A DNA stretch of 64,000 nucleotides, taken from Myxococcota bacterium. GTDB taxonomy: Bacteria > Myxococcota > Myxococcia > Myxococcales > Myxococcaceae. Each line of letters opens with the position of its first letter. The stretch's first letter is position 1. The position numbers and the translations under genes are program-made. The notes under the pieces are model-generated. The model was not told where the DNA came from. It did no database searches and saw only the letters and a list, made by a program, of their open reading frames with translations. Below are positions 8,745 through 18,111 of the stretch, piece after piece. The stretch covers positions 1 to 64,000 of the forward strand of contig JBMORE010000103.1 in the NCBI GenBank assembly GCA_049322255.1. The letters run 5' to 3'.

Positions 8745-9545
8745 ATGATTCGTCATCCTGCGCGAGGCTTTCTCCTCTGGGCGTTGCTGGTGGCTGGCTG
8801 TGCGACGAAACGAGTCGCGCCTCCCCCTGAACAGACGCTCGCCCTTGGCGGGCACCAAGCTGTGTGGCGCGACTGGAGCAAGGGCGAGCCGTGCGACGCC
8901 GACCCACTGCGGCTGGGCGCCGAGCTCGACGCGATGAACGCGCTTCTGGCCGAGCTCCTCGGAGCCACCTCGGCGGGCATGAACGGCATGTGGGCCGACG
9001 AGCACCTGGCTCTCCTCGAGCAGGGACAACAGGCGCTCCCGGCGCCCTTGGCCGCCCTCGACGCCATGCTTCCCAAGCTTCCTGGTTGCGAGCTGACGCC
9101 CCCCTTGGGCGATCGGCTCACCCGCGCCGAAGAGCTCACCCGCCAGGCGAAGGGCCGGCTGGCCGAGGCCCCTGAGCTTTTGGCCTTCGTCCGCGCCCGC
9201 CGCGAGCTGGAGAACTGGAAGCGCGCCCAGCCCTCGCTCCAGGATGCCGGCCGTGAGCAGCGCTGCCGTGGCAAATCGACCGCCGACGTCTTCTACGCCA
9301 GTGAGGACGAGAAGGGGCGCACGCAGTGGCTCTTCTGCGATGACTCCAAGGTGCTCGCCGAGCCGGGCTCCCTGCCTGTGTTCGTCGCCCCCCCGAACGG
9401 AAGGCGACCGAAGAAGAAGCCTCCCACCTACCTGCAGACGGCGGCGAGGCACCCCTCCGACGCGGTGCAGCGCGCTCCCAAGCTGCCGGTGAAGAAGCTG
9501 CCTCCGAGGGAAGAAGACGTCTTGGCCGAGCCCAAAGACTTGTAG
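8745..9545 (+). CDS. Hypothetical lipoprotein
   Basis: Lipobox LLVAGC; helical body; GC-typical codon use. Confidence 0.7.
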   Translation: MIRHPARGFLLWALLVAGCATKRVAPPPEQTLALGGHQAVWRDWSKGEPCDADPLRLGAELDAMNALLAELLGATSAGMNGMWADEHLALLEQGQQALPAPLAALDAMLPKLPGCELTPPLGDRLTRAEELTRQAKGRLAEAPELLAFVRARRELENWKRAQPSLQDAGREQRCRGKSTADVFYASEDEKGRTQWLFCDDSKVLAEPGSLPVFVAPPNGRRPKKKPPTYLQTAARHPSDAVQRAPKLPVKKLPPREEDVLAEPKDL

Positions 9546-9698
9546 ACCCTCGCTCACCACCGGGCTGAATTTTTCCATCCAGCATCGGCGCAATCGTCTC
9601 GTCTAGGAGCTGATTTCGCGCTTCAACTGCTCCATCGGCGCTTGATGTACTCCCCCGCTTTGGGTCGAGGATGCAGCCCATACCAAGGAGGTGTCTGT

Positions 9699-10481
9699 AT
9701 GCCGAAAACGAAAAAGAACCTGACCGTTCTTTCCACCGCGGCGACGCAGGTCCAGTCCGTGGCGGAGTCGCTGCGTCTACGGCTTCGTTCGAAGCCGCGG
9801 CGGTTTTACATCGGCGGAGCGGTGGTGCTGCTCGGCCTGGTGGCCGTCGGCCTCATGACTTGGCGAGGGCTGCCGGACTGGGAGGCGATCGATCAGCTTC
9901 AGAACGCGGTCGGTGCCCAAGCCAGCCTGCCCGAGCTGATGAAGCGGGCGAAGGAGAACCCGAAGGATGCGTCGATTCAGCTCGACCTGGGCCACGCGTA
10001 CTTCGCGGCCCAAAAGCACAAGTCGGCGCTGGCGGCCTACGACCGGGCGTTGGCGCTGGACAAATCGGTCGCCTCCGGACGGCTGATCGACAACCTGCTC
10101 GCCTGCTACGGCAAAGACGAACAGGGGGCGGCCCACGCCATCCTCGTTCAATACAAGCTGACCCATGCCGAAGCGGGGCTGCGCCAGCTGGTCGACAACG
10201 CGCGCTGGTCGGTGCGCACGGGGGCGATGGACACCCTGGAGCGCTTGGGCAAGGCGACCCGAGAGGACGCGTTCACCGTGTGGATGCTCGACTTGAAGTC
10301 GCCCGACTGTGACGTCAAGCGCCATGCGGTGGAGAAGCTGGGCGAGCTCGGCGACAAACGCGCGCTCGACGCGATTCGCGCCGCCAAGAAGAAGGACGAC
10401 GAGGAAACGCCGTGGTACGCGTTCTCGTGCATCGGCGGCCGCGCCGAGGATGCGCAGAACAAAATCCTCGCCAAGCGCTGA
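9699..10481 (+). CDS. Membrane-anchored TPR/HEAT-repeat protein
   Basis: AAGGAGGT RBS; one TM; TPR (LGHAYFA...AYDRALALD); HEAT-like repeats. Confidence 0.78.
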   Translation: MPKTKKNLTVLSTAATQVQSVAESLRLRLRSKPRRFYIGGAVVLLGLVAVGLMTWRGLPDWEAIDQLQNAVGAQASLPELMKRAKENPKDASIQLDLGHAYFAAQKHKSALAAYDRALALDKSVASGRLIDNLLACYGKDEQGAAHAILVQYKLTHAEAGLRQLVDNARWSVRTGAMDTLERLGKATREDAFTVWMLDLKSPDCDVKRHAVEKLGELGDKRALDAIRAAKKKDDEETPWYAFSCIGGRAEDAQNKILAKR

Positions 10482-10504
10482 AAACCGCCAGCGCCGACCG
10501 TTCC

Positions 10505-10545
10505 AAAGCACCCCACACCGGTCTTTTGGGTGTGGGGTGTTTTTT
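10505..10545. terminator. Probably bidirectional intrinsic terminator
   Basis: CACCCCACACC / GGTGTGGGGTG stem followed by a T6 run, short A run upstream; between convergent genes. Confidence 0.8.
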
Positions 10546-10547
10546 GC

Positions 10548-12101
10548 CTAGCCGACCGCCGCCGCCACGTGCTGCGCGCCCCAGCGGGCAAGGGCGAAGA
10601 TGGTCTCCTGGGGGTTGACCCCCAACCCGGTGGGAAACACCGAGCCATCGACCACGAACAGGTTGTCGAGCCCGTGGTAGCGCAAGCGCGAGTCCACCAC
10701 CGAGGTGTGCGGGCTTTTTCCCATCGCGCAGCCGCCCATCTGGTGCGCGGTCAGCACCTTGAGCCGCAGCTTCTCCCACGGGGCGGCATCGAGCTTGGGC
10801 AGGTCGTTCTCCGACTCGAGCACCACCGGGTCGAAGTGCAGGCTGTAGACCCTCTTCGCTCCCATGCGTAGCTGCAGACGCGCCGTTTCGCGGCAGGCGG
10901 TGCGAAAGGCCTCCAGGTGCCGCTCGGTGAGCGGGTAGTCGAAGCTCACCCGGCCGTAGCCTTGGGTGCGCAGCTTCACCGTGCCGCCCTCGTCGCCCTC
11001 CTCCACCCCGTCGACCAGCGGGCAGCCGATGGCGTTCATGTGCGAAAGCTGCGCCATCATCTCCTGCAGCGGACGGCCGAACCCCGAGGCGAGCACCGCC
11101 ACCGTCATCGGAAAGAGCGGGCCCACCTCGAGGAAAAAGCCCATCTGGCCCTTCTCGCGCTGGGCGAACTGGTGCGAGTACACCGCCTGCGGAGCTCCTG
11201 CGAAGGGCTCGACCGGCTCGTCGAAGATGCCCAGCGTGGCGGTGAAAGGGTGCAGATAGGTTCGCTTCCCCACCCGGCCGTTGCCGGTCAGCTCGGAGCG
11301 CAAGAGCAGCGCCGGGGTGTTGATCGCCCCGCACGAGAGGGCGGTGACCTTGGCGCGTACCACCACCTTGCGGCCGGTGGGCTCGTCACGCTCGGGGTGC
11401 AAGACCTCTCCATGCACCGCCACCACCCGGCGGTGGGAGACCTCCAGGCGCCGCACCGAGACGTTGGCGTAGAGCGACAGCCCCTTCTTCACCGCGTCGG
11501 GAATGACCGTCACCAGAGTCGACTGCTTGGCATCGATGGGGCAGCCCATGCCGCAGTAGCCCAGGTCGGCGCAGTGGCGCACGTTGCGCGAAAGCAAACC
11601 CCGGTGGTAGCCGAGCTTGCCCAGGCCCTCCCAGAGGATGCGGTTGTTGCGGTTCATCCGCTCCTTTGGCCACTCGGCAATCGACAGGCGTTCTTCGATC
11701 GCTTCCCAGTGAGGAGCGAGCGCCTCGTGCGACAGGCCCTCCACACCGAAGCGGTCGCGCCACAACTCGAGAATGCGCTTCGGCGCGCGGAAGCTGGTGC
11801 TCCAGTTCACCGTCGTGCCGCCGCCCACGCTGCGGCCCTGGAGTATTCCCACCGCCAGATCGTCGGTCGTGCGGTTGCCCAGCTCTTGGTAGAAGTGGGT
11901 GAAGGCGTGGGCCTCGTCGAGCTTGAAGTCGCGGCGGGTGAAGTAGCCGCCCTCCTCGAGCATCACCACCGACAGCCCGCGGGCGGAAAGCTCGTGCGCC
12001 AGCCAACCACCCCCCGAGCCGGAGCCGACGATGCACACGTCGCAGCTCAGCGCGAGGTCTTGGGCCAGCTCGTCTCCGGTGTAGATGCGGCCCTCTTTCA
12101 C
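10548..12101 (-). CDS. GMC-family oxidoreductase
   Basis: DVCIVGSGSGG FAD motif, GRSVGGGTTVN, CGAINTPALLLRS, HQMGGC, VDGSVFPT...NPQETI. Confidence 0.92.
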   Translation of the reverse strand: MKEGRIYTGDELAQDLALSCDVCIVGSGSGGGWLAHELSARGLSVVMLEEGGYFTRRDFKLDEAHAFTHFYQELGNRTTDDLAVGILQGRSVGGGTTVNWSTSFRAPKRILELWRDRFGVEGLSHEALAPHWEAIEERLSIAEWPKERMNRNNRILWEGLGKLGYHRGLLSRNVRHCADLGYCGMGCPIDAKQSTLVTVIPDAVKKGLSLYANVSVRRLEVSHRRVVAVHGEVLHPERDEPTGRKVVVRAKVTALSCGAINTPALLLRSELTGNGRVGKRTYLHPFTATLGIFDEPVEPFAGAPQAVYSHQFAQREKGQMGFFLEVGPLFPMTVAVLASGFGRPLQEMMAQLSHMNAIGCPLVDGVEEGDEGGTVKLRTQGYGRVSFDYPLTERHLEAFRTACRETARLQLRMGAKRVYSLHFDPVVLESENDLPKLDAAPWEKLRLKVLTAHQMGGCAMGKSPHTSVVDSRLRYHGLDNLFVVDGSVFPTGLGVNPQETIFALARWGAQHVAAAVG

Positions 12102-12709
12102 GGCCCGTCCTCACCCACCCGCTCGCCACCGCCCTTCCACACCGGAGCATCGGGCTGATGAAAACCCTGCGGAGGCCCCGGGTAACCCACCGCCTGATGC
12201 ACCTTGGACGAGCCGTAGTAGCCCGCGAGCACCAGCGAACGCAGAGCGGTAAAGCCGGTGCGGCGAAGTGTGACCGCGCTGTCTCGCCACTCGGCGAGCA
12301 CCTGGTCTTGCTCCTCCGCCGCCATTTGAGTGAACGGCCGCGTGCGCGCGCCGAAGAGGAAGTTGGGCAGGGCGTTTTCGAACAGGCCGAGCAGTTGCCG
12401 AAGCTCGGCGCGGGCGTCGGTTGGAGCGAGGGCGAGCAACCGATCGACGGCCAGCGGCACGCCGACGTCGGCGATGGTCGGCCAGCCCTCCTGCGGGACG
12501 ATGAAGCGCGTCGCCAGCGCGTGCACCACCGCATACTCGGTGGCGTCGAGCACCAAAAGCCCCTCCACGGGTAGAGGCACCAGCGCGGTGCGGCGAGAGG
12601 CCAAAAACCCGCCTCCGCCGAGAGCGAGCAGCGCACCGCCGACCAACCCCCGTCGAAGAAAGCTGCGGCGGCTATGGCCCGGCGGCGGAATGTAGATGTT
12701 CATCGCCAT
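12098..12709 (-). CDS. Tat-exported gluconate 2-dehydrogenase subunit 3-like partner
   Basis: SRRSFLRR twin-arginine signal; PFTQM...QDQVL and GYY...GYPG motifs; overlaps GMC start. Confidence 0.8.
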   Translation of the reverse strand: MAMNIYIPPPGHSRRSFLRRGLVGGALLALGGGGFLASRRTALVPLPVEGLLVLDATEYAVVHALATRFIVPQEGWPTIADVGVPLAVDRLLALAPTDARAELRQLLGLFENALPNFLFGARTRPFTQMAAEEQDQVLAEWRDSAVTLRRTGFTALRSLVLAGYYGSSKVHQAVGYPGPPQGFHQPDAPVWKGGGERVGEDGP

Positions 12710-12818
12710 CCGCGGGCACCCTACCACCGCCGCGCATCAGTTAGGCTGAAGACGCCCGGAGGCGCAGCGTGTGCTCGACGGGCCCGGCCAGAGGTAGAAA
12801 CAAAAACGCGGAGGGACG

Positions 12819-14048
12819 ATGGCCAAGGTGATGGCGATGATTCTCGCGGGCGGCGCGGGCACCCGGCTCGAGCCGCTCACCCGCGAACGGGCGAAGCCGG
12901 CGGTGCCCTTCGGCGGTCGCTACCGAATCATCGACTTCGTGCTCTCCAACTTCGCCAACAGCGGCATCTTCAAGATCAAGGTGCTGACCCAGTACAAGTC
13001 CGACTCCCTCAACAACCACCTCTCGCGCGCGTGGAGGATGACGGCCTTCTTGGGGCACTACGTCGAGACGGTGCCCGCGCAGATGCGCACCGGCACCGAT
13101 TGGTACAAGGGCTCGGCCGACGCCATCTACCAGAACCTCAACATCATCACCGACGAAGAGCCGGACTACACCTTCGTCTTCGGCGCCGACCACGTGTACC
13201 GCATGGACGTGCGCCAGCTGCTCGACTTCCACATCCAGAATCAGGCCGACTGCACGGTGGCGGCCATCCCGGTGCCGCTGGCGCAAGGCAAGGACTTCGG
13301 CATCATCGACGTCGGCGAGGATGGGCGCATGCGCGGCTTCCTCGAGAAGCCTGAACACCCGCCTCCGATGCCGGGTGACTCCACCCGCTGCCTGGCCTCG
13401 ATGGGCAACTACCTTTTCTCCACCGGTGCGCTGGTGCAGGAAATCGTGCGCGACGCGGCCGACGACAAGAGCGCGCACGACTTCGGCAAGTCGATCATCA
13501 GCGAGATGTACAAGCGCTCGCGGGTCTATGTGTACGACTTCGCGAAGAACACCATCCCCGGCCAGAACGAGAAGGAGCGCGGTTTCTGGCGCGACGTGGG
13601 GAACATCGACATCTACTACCAGTCGAACATGGACTTGGTGGACGTCGACCCCACCTTCAACCTCTACAACGAGGCCTGGCCGATCTACACCCACAACCCC
13701 AGCCTGCCGCCGGCGAAGTTCGTCTTCGCCGACAAGGAGAACAACCGCGTCGGTCTGGCCACCGACTCGCTGGTATCCGAAGGCTGCATCATCTCGGGCG
13801 GGCAGGTGCACCACTCGGTGCTCTCCCCCCGGGTGCGGGTGAACTCCTTCTCAGAGGTGCGAGACAGCATCCTCTTCGAGAACGTGCAGATCGGCCGGCG
13901 CTGCAAGATTCGCAAGGCGATCATCGACAAGAACGTCGACGTTCCCCCCGGCATGACCATCGGCTACGACCTGGAGGAGGACAAGCGCCGCTTCCACGTC
14001 ACCCCCGAGGGCGTGGTGGTGATCCCCAAGGGAATGCGCGTCGCCTAA
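12819..14048 (+). CDS. glgC: Glucose-1-phosphate adenylyltransferase
   Basis: [54 protein letters not shown]. Confidence 0.97.
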   Translation: MAKVMAMILAGGAGTRLEPLTRERAKPAVPFGGRYRIIDFVLSNFANSGIFKIKVLTQYKSDSLNNHLSRAWRMTAFLGHYVETVPAQMRTGTDWYKGSADAIYQNLNIITDEEPDYTFVFGADHVYRMDVRQLLDFHIQNQADCTVAAIPVPLAQGKDFGIIDVGEDGRMRGFLEKPEHPPPMPGDSTRCLASMGNYLFSTGALVQEIVRDAADDKSAHDFGKSIISEMYKRSRVYVYDFAKNTIPGQNEKERGFWRDVGNIDIYYQSNMDLVDVDPTFNLYNEAWPIYTHNPSLPPAKFVFADKENNRVGLATDSLVSEGCIISGGQVHHSVLSPRVRVNSFSEVRDSILFENVQIGRRCKIRKAIIDKNVDVPPGMTIGYDLEEDKRRFHVTPEGVVVIPKGMRVA

Positions 14049-15217
14049 GCCGGGCGCCTCACCGCCGAGAGCTTGCGCGCGAAGGTCTGCAAGGTCTGGG
14101 CGATTTCGGCGTTCACCTGCTTGAGCACGTCTTGCTTCTCGCGAAAAGGGAGGAACGCGCTCTTGAAGCCCGAGATGATGACGGTGGTGAGATCCTCTAG
14201 CGACAGCCCGCATTCCTTGTGCGCCAGCCACAGCTCGTGGGTCGCCGTGGTGTCGGTGATCAGCCGGTTGTCGGTGTTGATGGTCACCCGAAGGCCGTAA
14301 TCGAAGTAGAACTTCAGCGGGTGGGACCTCAAGTCTGCCACCGCGCGGGTCTGCACGTTCGACTGCAAGCACACCTCGATGGGGATGCGGTGGTCGTTGA
14401 AGTAGTTGAGCAAGTCACCGTCCTCGCGCAGCCGGGTGCCGTGGCCGATGCGGTGCGCTCCGAGGAAGTGAATCGCCTGGGCGATCGACTCGGGGCCGTA
14501 CGCCTCGCCCGCGTGGGCGGTGCAGTTGACGTTGTTTCGTAAGATGAGCTGGAAGGCGTCACGGTGATCCTTGGCGGGGAAGTTCTCCTCCGCCCCCGCC
14601 AGGTCGAAACCGATGACCCCGCGGTTCTTGTAGGCCACGCACAGCTCGGCCAGCCGCACCGAGGTCGCCGGGTCCATGTGGCGAATGCCGCAGATGATGA
14701 CCCCGCACTTGATGCCCGTCTCCCGCTTGGCCGCGCGCAGGCCTTCGAGCACCGAGTCGACGATGGTGGTGAGCTTGAGCCCCTTTTGCTGGTGCAGCAC
14801 CGGCGCGTAGCGCACCTCGAGGTAGCGCACGTTCTCCGCCGCGGCGTCGATCGCCAGCTCATGGGCGGCGCGGTAGAGCGCCTCCTCGGTCTGCAGCACC
14901 GAACAGGTGACGTCGAACGCCACCAGGTAGTCCTCCAGGCTTTGGCACACCTGGCCCTTGTGAATTGCCTTCGCCAGGCCGTCTTCGGTGTCCGCGGGGA
15001 GCTTGATTTCTTGCTGATCGGCCAGCTCGAGAATGGTCGACAGGCGCATCGAGCCGTCGAGATGGCAGTGCAGGTCGGTCTTGGGGAGCGCCTTGAGCAG
15101 CTCTTCGGTGACCTCCACCGGGGGCACTTCAATGACGGTGGGCGGCTCGATGACCCGGCGGGCGGCGCTGGGAATGCCGGTGGAGGCGGGTAGCTCGTCG
15201 TCTCGAATCGAAGCCAT
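14045..15217 (-). CDS. add: Adenosine deaminase
   Basis: [27 protein letters not shown] motifs. Confidence 0.93.
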   Translation of the reverse strand: MASIRDDELPASTGIPSAARRVIEPPTVIEVPPVEVTEELLKALPKTDLHCHLDGSMRLSTILELADQQEIKLPADTEDGLAKAIHKGQVCQSLEDYLVAFDVTCSVLQTEEALYRAAHELAIDAAAENVRYLEVRYAPVLHQQKGLKLTTIVDSVLEGLRAAKRETGIKCGVIICGIRHMDPATSVRLAELCVAYKNRGVIGFDLAGAEENFPAKDHRDAFQLILRNNVNCTAHAGEAYGPESIAQAIHFLGAHRIGHGTRLREDGDLLNYFNDHRIPIEVCLQSNVQTRAVADLRSHPLKFYFDYGLRVTINTDNRLITDTTATHELWLAHKECGLSLEDLTTVIISGFKSAFLPFREKQDVLKQVNAEIAQTLQTFARKLSAVRRPA

Positions 15218-15230
15218 GCCAAACCATAGC

Positions 15231-16982
15231 TCAGGCCGAAACGAACTGCCGCTCGACCAGCCGCCGGTACACCCCCTCTTGTCGCAGAAGGGCCGCGTGG
15301 CTGCCACTCTGCACCACCTTGCCGTGCTCCAGCACCAGCACCCGGGCAGCGTCCTTCACCGTGGAGAGGCGGTGGGCGATGACCAGTGCCGTACGCCCAG
15401 CCATCAGGCGATCGAGCGCCTCCTTCACCAAGTGCTCGCTCTCGGCGTCGAGCGCGCTGGTGGCCTCGTCGAGCACGAGCAGCCGCGGGTCCTTGAGCAC
15501 CGCGCGGGCGATCGCCACCCGCTGCTTCTGCCCCCCGGAGAGCTGAATGCCGCGCTCCCCTACCAGCGTCTGGTAGCCCTGCGGAAAACGGGCGATGAAC
15601 TCGTGGGCGTTGGCGACGCGGGCGGCCGCCTCCACCTCGGCGTCGGAGGCCTCGACGCGCCCGTAGCGAATGTTCTCGGCGATGGTGGTGGAAAAGAGCA
15701 CCGGCTCCTGCGACACCACCCCAACGTTCCGGCGCAGCCAAGAGGGGTCGAGCTCGCGCAGGTCCACCCCGTCGAAGCGCACCGAGCCGCTGTCGGGGTC
15801 GTAGAGGCGCACCAGGAGCGAGGCGATGGTGCTCTTGCCCGCCCCCGAGGGACCGACCAACGCCACCACCTCCCCGGGCTCCACGGTCAAATCGATGCCG
15901 TCGAGCACCACCACGTCGCGGCGGGAAGGATAGGAGAAGCGCACCTGCACCAGCTCCACTCTCCCTGAGAGCGCCTGCAACACACGCCCGCCGGTGGTGG
16001 GAATGGCGGGCACCCGGTCGAGCAGCTCGAACACCCGCTCGCTGGCACCCGAAGCCTTCATCAAGTCCGCCCACAACTCTCCCAGCGAACCGAGCGAGAA
16101 GGCCACCAGGAGCGAATAGACGAGGAAAGAGGCGAGCGCACCCACCGAAAGCGCCCCCGAGAGCACCAGCCGGCCGCCGTACCAGAGGACCAGGGCCGCC
16201 GCGGCGTAGGCAGCGAACGAGGCGGTGCCCATGAAGAGGGCGGCGGTGAAGGCCCGCCTTTTTGCCAGGGTGAAGGAATGATTCACCGCCTGGCCGTAAC
16301 GGGCGGCCTCGGCCGGCTCGGCGGCGAAGGCGCGCACCGTGCGGATGCTCGAGAGGCTCTCCTCGGCGACCTCACTCGAGCGGGCGAGCGCGTCTTGCAC
16401 CTCGCGCGAAAGCTTGCGCACCCGCCGCCCGTAGGCTTTCGCGCCGAAGGCCACCGGCGGCACCACCGCGAGCATCAGCGCCGCCAACACCGGAGAGGTG
16501 TAAATGAGCAGCGCTACCCCACCGATGACGGTGACCAAACTGCGCAAGGCGTGGGAGATGTTTCCACTCACCGTGTTCTGGAGCACCGTGGTGTCCGAAG
16601 CGAGCCGGTTGGTGAGCTCGCCGGTGCGGCGCTCGTCGAAGAACGCCATTTCCTGCGCCATCAGATGTTCGTAGAGCGTGCGCCGAAGCCTCGCCACCAC
16701 CCGCTCCCCGGCGGTGCTGAAGAGCACGTAGCGTAAGGCGATGGACGCCGACTGAAGGAGGAACACCACCGCCATCGCTGCCGCGGCTTTGTCGATGAGC
16801 GCCGCGTCACGCGCGCCCAAGGCGTTGTCGATGAGCACCCGAATGCCCTGCGGATACAAGAGCCCCATCGTGCTACCCAGGGCGAGAAAGAAGGTGCCCA
16901 GAGCCAGCCGCCGCCACTCCGGGCGGGCCAGCAAGAGGAGCCGCTTCAACGCCACGCGGGCGATTGGCGTCTGGTCGTTCAC
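15231..16982 (-). CDS. ABC transporter, fused permease/ATPase (ABCB type exporter)
   Basis: TM domain plus GPSGAGKS, LSGGQKQR, LDEATSALD, AHRLST. Confidence 0.95.
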   Translation of the reverse strand: MNDQTPIARVALKRLLLLARPEWRRLALGTFFLALGSTMGLLYPQGIRVLIDNALGARDAALIDKAAAAMAVVFLLQSASIALRYVLFSTAGERVVARLRRTLYEHLMAQEMAFFDERRTGELTNRLASDTTVLQNTVSGNISHALRSLVTVIGGVALLIYTSPVLAALMLAVVPPVAFGAKAYGRRVRKLSREVQDALARSSEVAEESLSSIRTVRAFAAEPAEAARYGQAVNHSFTLAKRRAFTAALFMGTASFAAYAAAALVLWYGGRLVLSGALSVGALASFLVYSLLVAFSLGSLGELWADLMKASGASERVFELLDRVPAIPTTGGRVLQALSGRVELVQVRFSYPSRRDVVVLDGIDLTVEPGEVVALVGPSGAGKSTIASLLVRLYDPDSGSVRFDGVDLRELDPSWLRRNVGVVSQEPVLFSTTIAENIRYGRVEASDAEVEAAARVANAHEFIARFPQGYQTLVGERGIQLSGGQKQRVAIARAVLKDPRLLVLDEATSALDAESEHLVKEALDRLMAGRTALVIAHRLSTVKDAARVLVLEHGKVVQSGSHAALLRQEGVYRRLVERQFVSA

Positions 16983-17075
16983 CGGCCCTGACCATAACGC
17001 CCACCCCGTTGGAGTGCAGAACGGGAGTGGACATTTCGCGCCGAGCCCAAAGGCGCCCTACGCTTTCCTCTCAAG

Positions 17076-18083
17076 ATGCGCCGTCTCTTCGCCGTCAGCG
17101 CCTTGCTCTGCGCCTGCTGCTCGCCGGTCGAGCGCGTGCACGAGGTGTTCTCCGGCGCGCCCTCGCGTACAGGGTTGACTCCGCTAGAAGGTGGGGCGCT
17201 CTTGGGCAACGAGGCCGGGAAGCTGCTCCATCTACGAGATGGAAAAGTCGCCTGGGAGGCCCGGCTTTCACGCGAAATTTCGGCGCGCCCGGTCGTCGCC
17301 GCAGGCGTGGTGGTGGCCGCGTCAGTGGCGGGCGAGTGGCTGGGGGTGGACGAGCACACGGGCGTTCAACGCTGGCGCGTGGAAGACCGCCCCAAAGCTC
17401 ATGCTCCGCTGGTGGCAAACGACACGCTGGTCTTCGGCCTCACCGACGGCGGCGAAGTCTTGGCCATCGAGGCCGCCTCGGGAACGCTGGTCTGGAAACG
17501 CACCCTCGCTGCCAAACCCGTCTCCGGTCCCCACCCGGAGCCCCTCTTCCACCAAGGGAGCCTTCTTGTGGGCGTTCGCGACGTGGGGCTCTTCGCGCTC
17601 GATGCCGAAAGCGGCGAGGTGCTATGGAAGCACGCCGTGCCCAAGCTGGTCGCCTTCACCACCAGCTCCACGCGCCTCTTCGTGCTCACCTCCCAAGGAA
17701 AAGTGCTCGCCTTCGCCGCGGGCGGGCCGCTGTGGTCACGCACGCTGGAACCCGGCGTCAGCGGCGAGCCGTTGGTGCAGGACGAGACGGTGTGGGTCGG
17801 CCTTTCCAACCGGGCGCTCCTCGCGCTCTCCGTCAAGGACGGCGCCGAGCTGGGACGGCTCACCCTCCCCGCTCCGCTGGTGGGGCGCCTCGCCGCCGTC
17901 GATGGTCAGCTGGCCGCAGCCACCGCCGGCCCCGAGGGCCGCCTCTACGTATTGGGCGCGGGGAAGGCGCGCGCGGTGGAGATTCGTGTCGACAGCCCGC
18001 TGCGCACAGGCCCGCTCTTCGACGGAGAGCTGTGGTGGGTGGCCGCCGGCGACGGCCGCGTCTTGAGCTACCGGCTGCGCTGA
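17076..18083 (+). CDS. PQQ-like beta-propeller lipoprotein (BamB-like)
   Basis: Lipobox-like LLCAC; repeated A(L/I)DxxxGxxxW blades. Confidence 0.8.
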   Translation: MRRLFAVSALLCACCSPVERVHEVFSGAPSRTGLTPLEGGALLGNEAGKLLHLRDGKVAWEARLSREISARPVVAAGVVVAASVAGEWLGVDEHTGVQRWRVEDRPKAHAPLVANDTLVFGLTDGGEVLAIEAASGTLVWKRTLAAKPVSGPHPEPLFHQGSLLVGVRDVGLFALDAESGEVLWKHAVPKLVAFTTSSTRLFVLTSQGKVLAFAAGGPLWSRTLEPGVSGEPLVQDETVWVGLSNRALLALSVKDGAELGRLTLPAPLVGRLAAVDGQLAAATAGPEGRLYVLGAGKARAVEIRVDSPLRTGPLFDGELWWVAAGDGRVLSYRLR

Positions 18084-18111
18084 AGGCTCCTCCCTTGCGG
18101 GACGAACCGCG

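Noticed and set aside
14329..16074. 581-aa Arg/Gly-rich ORF
   Set aside because: Off-frame shadow of add and the ABC transporter
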